From: Candidatus Acidiferrales bacterium
GTDB lineage: Bacteria; Acidobacteriota; Terriglobia; Acidiferrales; UBA7541
DNA length: 64,000 nt
NCBI GenBank assembly: GCA_035696345.1
Contig: DASRQU010000061.1
Span: forward strand, 4,599 to 68,598
Direction of reading: 5' to 3'
The position numbers were made by a program, and so were the translations under genes. The notes under the pieces are model-generated. The model saw only the letters and a program-made list of their open reading frames with translations, had not been told where the DNA came from and ran no database searches. Positions within the stretch are counted from its first letter, which is position 1, and the number at the start of each line of letters is the position of its first letter. Positions 54,574-63,158 of the stretch are shown here, in pieces.

Positions 54574-55734
54574 TTAAGGAGCCTTTACGAAAGGTTCCGC
54601 AGGAGTGAGTGGGACATTCCACGCGTCGTAACCGTATAGCCAACTCGTGTCTTCGTCTCCGCCCTTCATCCAAGTGTTCGCGCTCGAAATGGCCTGGATG
54701 CGCGACGTACGCGGCTTGCGGTGAGTTTCAAATCTCTGAAACGCGCCGGGAATATCTTCGCTGTCCGTCTCAGCTAGACATCGCGCAAGAACGGCCGCGT
54801 CTTCGATCGCCGTCGCGCCGCCTTGCGCCATGTACGGCGTCATCGGATGCGCAGCATCTCCCAACAAGACCACACGCCCTTCACTCCAGCGATCCAGCGG
54901 TTCACGTTCGAGGATGGCCCACTTGTGGCAGTCCGGGCATGCGTCGAGAACTGTTCGCACGTCGGAATGAAATCCCTGGTAGGCCTCACGCAATTCTTTT
55001 ACGTCGCCTTTGGCTGACCAAGATTCGCGCGTCAGCCATTCGGACGGCTCGGGTACGCTGGTCACAAAATAAAGTTCGCTGCGATCCGCGTTCGTATAAT
55101 AGATCACGATGTGGCGGTCAGGTCCCCACCATTTTGTGCGCGAAGGCCCAATATCCATGCCTTTTAGCAATGCTGCGGGGAAGATTGCGCGGTAGGCGAT
55201 GCGCCCTTTGTGCAGCGGCTCGTCCGCGCCAATGATAATTTCACGCGCAACGGAGTGAACGCCGTCCGCAGCGACAACAGCATCCGCGTTGGCACGCGAT
55301 CCGTCGGCAAAGGTTAGCGTGACTTGGCCCGCGCCTTGCTCCAGCCCCACTAATTTTTTATCCAGGTGAACGATTTCCTGCGGCACAACCGCGGCCAGGG
55401 CGCCGTGCAAATCCGCACGATGCATACACAGGTAAGGCGCGCCGAACAGGCTTTCCGGCATGGGCAACTCGCGCATGACTTCGCCGGTGTCCCACTTTCG
55501 ATTTAGGTGCGAGTACGGCTTGAAAGAAGTCGCAATGACTTTTTCTTCCACACCGATGCGCCGCAGCACTTTCATCGAGTTGGGCATCATCTGAATGCCT
55601 GCGCCGATTCGCAGGAAACGCGGTGCCTGCTCATAGACTTGTACATCGACGCCAATTTGCCGCAGTGTGGCGGCGGTGGCCATCCCGCCGATGCCGGCGC
55701 CGACGATGGCAATTGAAAGTTTTTTCGTGCCCAT
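54574..55734 (-). CDS. FAD-dependent aromatic-ring monooxygenase (salicylate / 6-hydroxynicotinate / 3-hydroxybenzoate hydroxylase-like)
   Basis: IAIVGAGIGGMATAATL, DGVHS and LLGDAAHPMTPYMAQGGATAIEDAAVL. Confidence 0.85.
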   Translation of the reverse strand: MGTKKLSIAIVGAGIGGMATAATLRQIGVDVQVYEQAPRFLRIGAGIQMMPNSMKVLRRIGVEEKVIATSFKPYSHLNRKWDTGEVMRELPMPESLFGAPYLCMHRADLHGALAAVVPQEIVHLDKKLVGLEQGAGQVTLTFADGSRANADAVVAADGVHSVAREIIIGADEPLHKGRIAYRAIFPAALLKGMDIGPSRTKWWGPDRHIVIYYTNADRSELYFVTSVPEPSEWLTRESWSAKGDVKELREAYQGFHSDVRTVLDACPDCHKWAILEREPLDRWSEGRVVLLGDAAHPMTPYMAQGGATAIEDAAVLARCLAETDSEDIPGAFQRFETHRKPRTSRIQAISSANTWMKGGDEDTSWLYGYDAWNVPLTPAEPFVKAP

Positions 55735-55879
55735 TCACGCTCTCCCGCGGTCGCGGCCTCGTGTCCAACTCTAAATCTTGCTTCGAGCGGTGCATGGCGC
55801 CGGCATCTTGCCTGCGGTCTTTGATTTTGCTCAGCGCGGCAGAAACCCGCCGGGAAGATGCAAGCGACACAAAAACGCG

Positions 55880-56764
55880 CTACGCCGCCGGGCTGGCCTG
55901 GCCTTTAATCTGCGTTCGATGCATCACGCGGCGTGAACCGGCGTCAAAAGGATCGCGGCGGTGCATGGTGCAGCGGTTGTCCCAAAAGACCAGGTCGCCG
56001 ACGAGCCATTCGTTGTGCCACGCAATTTCTTCGCGATCCATGTAGGACCACAATTCGTCGAGCAGCGCCTCCGACTCCTGAAGCGGCAGCCCTTGAATAT
56101 ACGCGTTGCGGCGGCGCCCCAGGTAGAGACCGCGCCGCCCGGTTTCCGCGTGCGTGCACACCAACGGATGAAACGTCCCCGGCGATTTCATGGGGTCGTC
56201 CACAGCAGTCACTCCCTGCCGCACGTAGCCGCCGCTGTTGTATGTGCCGTCGTGCTTCAGCATTTTTCCTTCAACGCGTTTTTTCAGCGCGTTGGGCAGG
56301 ATGTCGTAGGCGCGATACATGCTGCAGAAATAGGTGTTGCCGCCGGACCGAGGAACTTCCAGCGCATACAGAATGCTCGCCTTCGGAGGATCGGGAAGGT
56401 ATGACATGTCCGTGTGCCAGGTGGCTTCGCCAGCGCCAAGGCTGCCAATCGGCACGCCGTTTTCCATCACGTTTGATACTACGTAAATTTCCGGGTGTCC
56501 TTCGACGAAGCGGCGGCCCGTTTCCTGAACGGGAGCAAAATCGAGCTCGCCGAATTTTTTACTGAATGCGATGAGATCATCGTCCGTCAATTTCTGTCCG
56601 CGGAAAAGAAGTACGGAGTGATCAAGCCAGGCTTTATGGATGCCCTCGAACTCGTCCGCGCTCACGGCGCTCAGGTCGACTCCCCGAATTTCCGCGCCCA
56701 ATGCTTTCCCCGACGGAATAACCGTGACGTTCGCGACACCTCTTGCTTGTGTTTCGCCTGCCAT
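55880..56764 (-). CDS. Fe(II)/2-oxoglutarate-dependent dioxygenase, TauD/TfdA family
   Basis: WHTDMSY (HxD facial-triad part), VFWDNRCTMHRR. Confidence 0.9.
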   Translation of the reverse strand: MAGETQARGVANVTVIPSGKALGAEIRGVDLSAVSADEFEGIHKAWLDHSVLLFRGQKLTDDDLIAFSKKFGELDFAPVQETGRRFVEGHPEIYVVSNVMENGVPIGSLGAGEATWHTDMSYLPDPPKASILYALEVPRSGGNTYFCSMYRAYDILPNALKKRVEGKMLKHDGTYNSGGYVRQGVTAVDDPMKSPGTFHPLVCTHAETGRRGLYLGRRRNAYIQGLPLQESEALLDELWSYMDREEIAWHNEWLVGDLVFWDNRCTMHRRDPFDAGSRRVMHRTQIKGQASPAA

Positions 56765-56821
56765 GAAAAATTCCCCCTTGCGATTGATCCCTTTTTGCTT
56801 AGCTTTTTTGATTGGTCTGCT

Positions 56822-57286
56822 TTACTTATCTACGCCCAGCAACTCCACGTCGAAAACCAAGGTCGCATTCGGGGGAATTGCGCCGCCCGCTCCGGCCGAA
56901 CCGTAGCCCAGTTCCGGCGGAATTCGCAGTTGACGCTGGCCGCCAACTTTCATTCCCGCCACGCCTTCGTCCCACCCCTTGATGACCTGGCCCGCTCCGA
57001 GGGCAAAAGAAAACGGCTCGTTGCGGTCGCGCGAACTGTCAAACTTTTCGCCACTGGTCAGGTACCCGCTGTAATGTACGTGCACCATATTCCCCGAAGT
57101 CGCAGTCGGTCCGTTGCCCACCACGATATCCCAATATTGCAGGCCGGAAGGAGTGGTTGTGGGCGAGCCGGTGACCTTCATCGGCCCGGACGAACTGGAC
57201 CCGCCTGATTTTTCCGATTTGCCGCACCCATAGACCACCGCAACGATCGCGATGACAGCAACAATCAATCCAATTTGTAATTTCAT
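56822..57286 (-). CDS. FKBP-type peptidyl-prolyl cis-trans isomerase, lipoprotein
   Basis: Lipobox [68 protein letters not shown]. Confidence 0.9.
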   Translation of the reverse strand: MKLQIGLIVAVIAIVAVVYGCGKSEKSGGSSSSGPMKVTGSPTTTPSGLQYWDIVVGNGPTATSGNMVHVHYSGYLTSGEKFDSSRDRNEPFSFALGAGQVIKGWDEGVAGMKVGGQRQLRIPPELGYGSAGAGGAIPPNATLVFDVELLGVDK

Positions 57287-57328
57287 TATTCCCCTTTCGA
57301 TTTACAGAATCATAGCAGGAGAGAAGCT

Positions 57329-57425
57329 AAGTAGCACAGGCTTCAGACTGTGGGGCTTCGTCCTTGCCGGAACTAAATGCTACAGGCTGCGCTTCGCCGC
57401 ACTTGGGTAAGAAGCCTGTGCTACT
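57329..57425. repeat. Paired REP-like element (GTAGCACAGGC subfamily)
   Basis: AGTAGCACAGGCTTCAGACTGTGG ... GTAAGAAGCCTGTGCTACT. Confidence 0.8.
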
Positions 57426-57486
57426 GGATTGACATCTGCCATCGACCGGAGTACGGTCGCCACACTGAAATTCAGGAGAAAGCGCG

Positions 57487-58497
57487 ATGAAAATTCCCTT
57501 CCACAAATTTTTATTGGCCGCATTACTTGCCGGGTACGCGACGATATCTCCCGCGTTGGCGGACACACTGGCCGTAGTTTGCAAATCAGACTTCCAATTG
57601 GAATTGCTCGATCCCGCGACCGATAAAGTGCTGATGAAGCTGCCAACCGGCCTCGGCCCGCACGAAGTTGCAGTTTCGCCCGACGGCCGCACCGCGTACG
57701 TTTCCGATTTTGGCCGCTACAGTGTGTATCCGGCAGGCGACAGCATGCACGACAAGGCAGGCAACACGATCACGGTGATCGACCTCGTTGACCGCAAAGT
57801 GAAATCCACTTGGGATTTGGGGACGCACACTGGGCCGCACGGAATGATCCTGAGCCATGACGGCAAGTTGATGTGGGCTACAACCGAAACTCCGCAAGCG
57901 GTGCTGGAACTGGATGCCGAGAGCGGAAAAATTCTGCATGTGTGGAGTACCAATCAGGTGCGCAGCCACATGATTGTGGACACGCCCGACGAAAAAAAGT
58001 TTTACGTGACCAATACAGTTTCTGGAAGCGTGAGTGTAATCGATAAAAATACGGGCGAAGTGAAAATCATATCGACCGGGCCGGGCACCGAGGGCATCGC
58101 GATTTCGCCGGACGGAAAAGAGGTGTGGGCCGCGAGCCGCATCGACGCCAAAATTTCGATCATTTCCACTTCCACCGACGCCATCATTGCTGCATTTTCG
58201 AGCGGCGGCAAAGGACCGAAGCGCATGGCCTTCACGCCGGATGGCGCGCAGGTGTGGGTGACAAATTCCGCGAGCAATCAGACAACTGTCTTTGACGCGC
58301 ACTCGCGCGAGATGATTGCCGCGCTGGATATGGCCAAGGCGCCCAGCAGCCTTTATTTTTCGGGGGATGGCCGCCGCGTTTACGTCACTAACGCGAACGC
58401 AAATGAGTTGAGCACCGTGGATGTGGCTGCGCGGAAAATTCTGACGGTGGTGCCGATTGGCACGGACCCGGACGGGATCATCTGGTCTGCTAGGTAG
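57487..58497 (+). CDS. Secreted YVTN-family beta-propeller repeat protein
   Basis: A signal peptide and repeated G.GP.G...SPDG..xYV(T/S)N motifs (AYVSDF, FYVTNT, VWVTNS, VYVTNA). Confidence 0.8.
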   Translation: MKIPFHKFLLAALLAGYATISPALADTLAVVCKSDFQLELLDPATDKVLMKLPTGLGPHEVAVSPDGRTAYVSDFGRYSVYPAGDSMHDKAGNTITVIDLVDRKVKSTWDLGTHTGPHGMILSHDGKLMWATTETPQAVLELDAESGKILHVWSTNQVRSHMIVDTPDEKKFYVTNTVSGSVSVIDKNTGEVKIISTGPGTEGIAISPDGKEVWAASRIDAKISIISTSTDAIIAAFSSGGKGPKRMAFTPDGAQVWVTNSASNQTTVFDAHSREMIAALDMAKAPSSLYFSGDGRRVYVTNANANELSTVDVAARKILTVVPIGTDPDGIIWSAR

Positions 58498-58503
58498 CGT
58501 TTA

Positions 58504-58530
58504 AGTAGCACAGGCTTCAGCCGTGCTACT
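58504..58530. repeat. Single REP hairpin (GTAGCACAGGC subfamily) between convergent genes
   Basis: AGTAGCACAGGCTTCAGCCGTGCTACT. Confidence 0.8.
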
Positions 58531-58550
58531 TAAAGCAAATTCCGCCGGCG

Positions 58551-59570
58551 CTATCTCCCCGCGGCAACCATGGCGATGGCAGGCTGTAAACCCTTCATCA
58601 TGGCGGCGAAGCCTGGCAGATCGAGGGATTGCGGACCGTCAGACAAGGCGCGCTCGGGGCAAGGATGGACTTCGACGATGATTCCGTCGGCGCCGATCGC
58701 GACCGCGGCGCGCGCGGCAGCCGGAACCAGGCTGCGGCGTCCCGTGGCGTGAGAGGGATCGACCACGATGGGCAAGTGGCAAAGTTCCTTGGCGAGAGCC
58801 ACGCCCGCGAGGTCGAGAGTATTCCGCAGCTCCGCGTCAAACGTCTTGATTCCCCGCTCGCACAAAACCACATTGGGGTTTCCGCCCGATAGCAAATATT
58901 CCGCGGCCAGCAGCCATTCTTTAATCGTGGCCGAAGGACCGCGCTTCAACAAAATCGGTCGCGGCACGGTGGCAAGTTTTCGCAGCAGCGGATAATTCTG
59001 CATGTTGCGCGCGCCCACTTGCAGCATGTCTGCGTACTCGACAACTGCGTCGAGGTCTTCTACGCCCATCACTTCGGTGACAATCGGCAGCCCGGTTTCT
59101 TCGCGCGCCTCTGCCATAATTTTCAGACCTTCCAAGCCAAGGCCCTGGAAATCGTAGGGGGAGGTGCGCGGCTTATACGCGCCGCCGCGCAACAGGTGGG
59201 CGCCGGCAGCCTTCACGCCGCGTGCCGTCTGCATCAGCTGATCGCGCGACTCCACCGAGCACGGCCCGGCCATTACTACAAGTTCCGATCCGCCGATCTT
59301 GACGCCCGCCACATCCACGATAGTGCGATCCGGCTGGAGTTCGAGGCTGACCAGCGTGAACGGCTGCGAAATGGAGATAATATCCTCCACTCCGGGCGCG
59401 ACTTTCAAGGCTTCCACTTCGGCGCGGCGTCCCCGGTTTTTTCCGACCACGCCGATCACCGTGCGCTCTGCTCCCTGAATCAGGTGAGGAAGGAATCCGC
59501 ATTCTTTTATTCTGTCCATCACATGCTCCACTTGTTCTTTGGTTGCCGTTGCCGACATATTGACGATCAT
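58551..59570 (-). CDS. aroF: 3-deoxy-7-phosphoheptulonate (DAHP) synthase, class I-beta with N-terminal ferredoxin-like regulatory domain
   Basis: ATG 59570 follows AAGGAGA. The N-terminal domain [32 protein letters not shown], then [29 protein letters not shown] and DPSHATGRR, as in Thermotoga-type DAH7PS. Confidence 0.9.
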   Translation of the reverse strand: MIVNMSATATKEQVEHVMDRIKECGFLPHLIQGAERTVIGVVGKNRGRRAEVEALKVAPGVEDIISISQPFTLVSLELQPDRTIVDVAGVKIGGSELVVMAGPCSVESRDQLMQTARGVKAAGAHLLRGGAYKPRTSPYDFQGLGLEGLKIMAEAREETGLPIVTEVMGVEDLDAVVEYADMLQVGARNMQNYPLLRKLATVPRPILLKRGPSATIKEWLLAAEYLLSGGNPNVVLCERGIKTFDAELRNTLDLAGVALAKELCHLPIVVDPSHATGRRSLVPAAARAAVAIGADGIIVEVHPCPERALSDGPQSLDLPGFAAMMKGLQPAIAMVAAGR

Positions 59571-59640
59571 TTGCAAGTCTCCTTTGGCTTCCTGCTTTGC
59601 TGCGAGCGTTTTTTCAGGAAACGGCTCGCATTCGCCAGGC

Positions 59641-59680
59641 AAAAATAAAAAAGCCGCGGGACCCTTTGGGTTCTCGCGGC
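59641..59680 (-). terminator. Intrinsic terminator inside the aroF leader (attenuator segment 3:4)
   Basis: The minus strand reads GCCGCGagaACCCaaaGGGTccCGCGGC followed by TTTTTTATTTTT. It ends 70 nt upstream of the aroF ATG. Confidence 0.75.
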
Positions 59681-59718
59681 CAGTTCTGGGATTCTTTCGC
59701 GCTTTCTAACTTTTCGCT

Positions 59719-59811
59719 TTACCTCGTCGTGCGCGCGATCCGCCCCTGGCCGCTTCCCACCCAAGGGAAGCGGTACGTAAAGGCGAACCAATAATAAGAG
59801 TTTGAGTGCAT
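59719..59811 (-). CDS. Candidate 30-aa leader peptide of the aroF attenuator (MHSNSYYWFAFTYRFPWVGSGQGRIARTTR)
   Basis: Hand-translated from the minus strand: ATG CAC TCA AAC TCT TAT TAT TGG TTC GCC TTT ACG TAC CGC TTC CCT TGG GTG ... AGG TAA. Eight of codons 6-17 are Tyr, Phe or Trp. The ORF overlaps the 1:2 hairpin. No obvious SD. Confidence 0.65.
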   Translation of the reverse strand: MHSNSYYWFAFTYRFPWVGSGQGRIARTTR

Positions 59812-59821
59812 TGCGAGAGTC

Positions 59822-59850
59822 AGGATACGCAGCTATATACTGATTGTCAA
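59822..59850 (-). promoter_or_regulatory. Candidate sigma-70 promoter for the aroF leader (TTGACA-17-TATCCT)
   Basis: The minus strand reads TTGACAatcagtatatagctgcgTATCCT. The predicted TSS is only a few nt before the leader ATG, which would make it a near-leaderless leader ORF. This is a sequence match only. Confidence 0.35.
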
Positions 59851-59894
59851 GTTTTTTGGGATTCCGCCTGGGCGCGCGAAAAACCTGCATTTCA

Positions 59895-59920
59895 ACACAG
59901 AGGACACAGAGGACACAGAG
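59895..59920. repeat. Short tandem repeat, 9-mer ACACAGAGG x 2.9
   Basis: ACACAGAGGACACAGAGGACACAGAG in the ANTAR-aroF intergenic region. Confidence 0.8.
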
Positions 59921-60070
59921 AATAAGGATGAGAAAAACCGAGGACCTGATCTAACGTTTCTGAAATCGCGGCCCTGCCATTTTTTTCGGGGTTTCTCCTT
60001 TCTTCTCTCTTTGTTCTCCGTTAAAGCTTTTAATCTTTGTTCCGGCTCGAACCGAAACGGTTGGCCCAAA

Positions 60071-60796
60071 TTATTCTCCTGTGCCGCGCCGTACGTCCTC
60101 ACTCAGCACAATCGCCTCGGAAACTTCTTTCATCGATTTACGACGTTGCCGGCTTTGGCGTTGAATGGTGAGGTAAGCCTCTTCCTCGGTAAGCTTTAGC
60201 TCGCGCTGCAAAATTCCCTTGGCGCGCTCCACGAGCTTGCGCGTCTCCAATTTTTCGGAAAGGTGCAGGTTTTCGCTTTCGAGGCGCGCCATTTCAATTT
60301 CCGCGCCCACCAGAAATCCGATCGTCGTGACCAGCATGATTTCGCGTTCCGTATACACATGGGGCTCGCGGTTCTGCAGGTTGATCACGCCGACGATCCT
60401 GCCGCGGCACATTACCGGCACAGACAAAAATGCTTCGAACCTGTCTTCCGGCAAATCCTTGAACAGTTGAAAGCGCGGATCCTGCGAAGCATTCACCGCC
60501 ACAGCGACGGGTTTCCCGTGTTCGGCGACCCATCCCGTAATGCCCTGCCCCAGCCGAAGCTTGAGCCGATCCACGACATCGGGATGCGCATTTTTGGAAG
60601 AGCGCAGAATCAATTCTCCCTCTTCCAACGCGTACAGGAAGCAGGAATCGCAGCTCACGATCGAAGCAGCGAATTCCACGATCTGCGAAAGGACCTCGTG
60701 CAAAGGGTCGGCGGCGGCCATACGGCTGGCCATTTTATGAATGAAATCAACTTCCGGGTTCGGTTGCATGTCTACTTTTGTATGCTCGGGGTTCAC
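60071..60796 (-). CDS. GAF-domain / ANTAR-domain RNA-binding antitermination regulator
   Basis: GAF motifs (CFLYALEEGELILRSS...GQGITGWVAEHGKPV, SVPVMCRGRIVGVINLQN). The C-terminal ANTAR is LETRKLVERAKGILQRELKLTEEEAYLTIQRQSRQRRKSMKEVSEAIV. Start is GTG 60796 or ATG 60769. Confidence 0.85.
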   Translation of the reverse strand: MNPEHTKVDMQPNPEVDFIHKMASRMAAADPLHEVLSQIVEFAASIVSCDSCFLYALEEGELILRSSKNAHPDVVDRLKLRLGQGITGWVAEHGKPVAVAVNASQDPRFQLFKDLPEDRFEAFLSVPVMCRGRIVGVINLQNREPHVYTEREIMLVTTIGFLVGAEIEMARLESENLHLSEKLETRKLVERAKGILQRELKLTEEEAYLTIQRQSRQRRKSMKEVSEAIVLSEDVRRGTGE

Positions 60797-60926
60797 TATC
60801 CAAAGCTACGCGCCGGTGCTGCAGGTGTCCAATTTGACATATCGATGCAAACTATCAGACTTTGTTTGATGTAACGCGGCTGTAACGATACGTAAGCAAA
60901 ACTGGACAAAGCCCGCATCGCTACCT

Positions 60927-61805
60927 TCATTCTACTGCGCTTCTTTTGCGCTGCAAAATTTCGGCACTTTGCTGCGCGGCTTCGCTGACGAGATACCCCA
61001 TTTTCGGATGGGTCGGTTCCATATCAGGCTCGAGTCCATATTCGCGGAGACGCTCGCTGGTTGTGGGTCCTATCGAGATGATCGCCATGCGTCTGAGCGC
61101 TCGGAGCAACGATGCTTGCTGGCTCATTTCAGCCGCAATTTTCAAGAGGTGATCGGCCTGTGTCGCCGTCGTGAATAAGATCACGTCTATCTCATTGTTT
61201 GAAATTGCTACTACCGCCGAGCATAGCGGCGCCTTGTCCTCGGGTAACGCCCATTCGTAGACAGGGACGGACGTAACGTGCGCGCCGCGTTCGGCCAGGC
61301 CGGCAATTAATTCCTTGCTGGAAATTCCGTACTCCTGAAGAGCGACGCGGCGGCCCTCCAATGGAATAGTTTCCGCTGTGTCGTCCAAGGCACGCAGGAG
61401 TTCGCGCCAGGTATTTGGCTCAGGCGCGCTGACGGCGACGGGAACATTCCATTCGCGCAGCACGGCCAGAGGTTTCGGCCCGCGCGCAACCACCGTAATT
61501 TTCCTGAGCTCCGCCAAATAGCTTTCCAGAGGATAGGCAGTTTCAATAACTTTCGCGAGCGCTCGCGTCCCGACGCCGGTCAGAAAGATAATCATGTCGA
61601 AGCCGCCGGCGAAAAGTGTGCGCGCGAAGGCCAAAGCGTCTGTGTTGGTTTCAAGAGGAACTTCGCGCATCGAAGGCGCAACGGTGGCCACGCCGCCGTA
61701 CGTGGTGATCAGCTTGCCCATTTCAGTCCCGCGGCGGCTTTCGAGTGAAAGCACTCGCAGCCCCGCAAACCCGTTCGATGATTTTTCAGGTTCCATAAAC
61801 GTCAT
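60927..61805 (-). CDS. hemD: Uroporphyrinogen-III synthase
   Basis: Two-lobed HemD-like pattern: GLRVLSLESRR...GGVATVAPSMREVPL, DMIIFLTGVGTRAL, DVILFTTATQ and ISIGPTTSERL. Confidence 0.7.
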   Translation of the reverse strand: MTFMEPEKSSNGFAGLRVLSLESRRGTEMGKLITTYGGVATVAPSMREVPLETNTDALAFARTLFAGGFDMIIFLTGVGTRALAKVIETAYPLESYLAELRKITVVARGPKPLAVLREWNVPVAVSAPEPNTWRELLRALDDTAETIPLEGRRVALQEYGISSKELIAGLAERGAHVTSVPVYEWALPEDKAPLCSAVVAISNNEIDVILFTTATQADHLLKIAAEMSQQASLLRALRRMAIISIGPTTSERLREYGLEPDMEPTHPKMGYLVSEAAQQSAEILQRKRSAVE

Positions 61806-61829
61806 GATCCCGCAAAGGAATTGGGTTTA

Positions 61830-61903
61830 AGTGGCGCGGGCGTCAGCCTGCCGAACTTAGGACTTGCAAGGGACCAACCCGCGCAGGCTGAAGCCCGCGC
61901 CAC
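61830..61903. repeat. Paired REP-like element (GTGGCGCGGGC subfamily)
   Basis: AGTGGCGCGGGCGTCAGCCTGCC ... GCGCAGGCTGAAGCCCGCGCCAC. Confidence 0.8.
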
Positions 61904-61910
61904 GCAAGAC

Positions 61911-63158
61911 TCAAGAAGCCACAGTCGTAGCTGCGGGCTCATGAAAGCTGCGGCCTTTACGTTCTTTGCCCAGCGCGATGGTTACGATGAGCACGCCAAT
62001 GGTAACAATTTCAAATCCGGCAAGCGCCCACTGGTAGCCGATATGTTCTTGCAGCAACAACTCAACAGAATTGGTCGGCGCGGCAATCAGAATCCCTAGT
62101 TGATACGCAAGGCCCGGCACGAGGCCGCGCGTTTCATCCGGCGAAAGTTCGCTCAGGTGCACAGGAATTACGCCCCACGCGCCCTGCACGCCGGCCTGCA
62201 TCAAGAATGAACCAATCGCCAGCACGAGCAGCGACGTACCGAAAGCCCACAGCGGAATCACGCACAGTGCCAGAGTCATGGCGACGATCATCGTTACGCG
62301 GCGTCCCATCTTGTCTGAAAATTGTCCAAAGACAATCGCGCCGATAATGGCGCCTACATTGTAGAGAATCGCCATGTACGCGCGCATGGCAGGCGCCACC
62401 TTGTGCACGGTGCCGAGGAAATCCGGATACAAATCCTGCGTGCCGTGCGACAGAAACATCATGAACGTCATGAGCAGCACCAGGTACAGAAAACTTTTCC
62501 ACTGAGTGGCGACAATTTTGAGGACCGCGCCCGTCGAAGGCGCGCGATGCTGCTTCCACGCTTCCGACTCCGGCACGCGCGCGCTGATGTAAAACGCGAG
62601 CAGCGCCGGCAATCCGCCGATCCAAAACATGGGCCGCCATCCCCATGTTGGGAGAATGAAGCGCGCCACCACAGCGGCGAGGATGTAGCCGAGCGAATAG
62701 CCGCTCTGCAAAATCCCGGAAAGTATTCCGCGCAACCGCGGCGGAACGGATTCCATCGCGAGCGATGCGCCGATTCCCCACTCGCCGCCCATGCCGATGC
62801 CGTACAGGGCGCGCATAATCATAAAAAATGTTAGGTTCGGCGAAAATCCACAAGCCAGCTCCACCACTGAAAAGAAAACTACGTTCGCCATTAAGGGGAT
62901 GCGGCGGCCGTAGCGGTCCGTAAGCAATCCAAAAATGAGCGCGCCGACTGGGCGCATCGCCAGCGTGACGAGCACCGACGCAACAACTTTTGCTTTTGTG
63001 ACATGAAAATCCGCTGCCAGCTTATCGAATAAAAATACGACGACGAAAAAATCGAATGCGTCCAGCGTCCATCCCAAGAACGATGCGGTGACAGCGTGGA
63101 ATTGGCCCGAGCTTGAAAGTCCAGCCACGCCGCTGTCGCGGTCTTTGTTAAACAACAC
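61911..63158 (-). CDS. MFS transporter (sialate/organic-anion type)
   Basis: 12 predicted TM segments. LTDRYGRRIPL and FSDKMGRRVTM are MFS loop motifs. Confidence 0.85.
   Translation of the reverse strand: MLFNKDRDSGVAGLSSSGQFHAVTASFLGWTLDAFDFFVVVFLFDKLAADFHVTKAKVVASVLVTLAMRPVGALIFGLLTDRYGRRIPLMANVVFFSVVELACGFSPNLTFFMIMRALYGIGMGGEWGIGASLAMESVPPRLRGILSGILQSGYSLGYILAAVVARFILPTWGWRPMFWIGGLPALLAFYISARVPESEAWKQHRAPSTGAVLKIVATQWKSFLYLVLLMTFMMFLSHGTQDLYPDFLGTVHKVAPAMRAYMAILYNVGAIIGAIVFGQFSDKMGRRVTMIVAMTLALCVIPLWAFGTSLLVLAIGSFLMQAGVQGAWGVIPVHLSELSPDETRGLVPGLAYQLGILIAAPTNSVELLLQEHIGYQWALAGFEIVTIGVLIVTIALGKERKGRSFHEPAATTVAS

Noticed and set aside
59641-59773. ANTAR dual-hairpin target within the aroF leader.
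   Set aside because: The loops are UUGGGU (6 nt, no A at position 1) and AAA (3 nt). The leader-peptide attenuator explains the structures better.
59895-59920. Tandem 9-mers, and the many paired repeats, as a possible CRISPR array or IS/MITE with a transposase.
   Set aside because: There is no regular repeat-spacer periodicity. There are no cas, transposase or integrase genes in the window. The repeats are short hairpin REP-type units.
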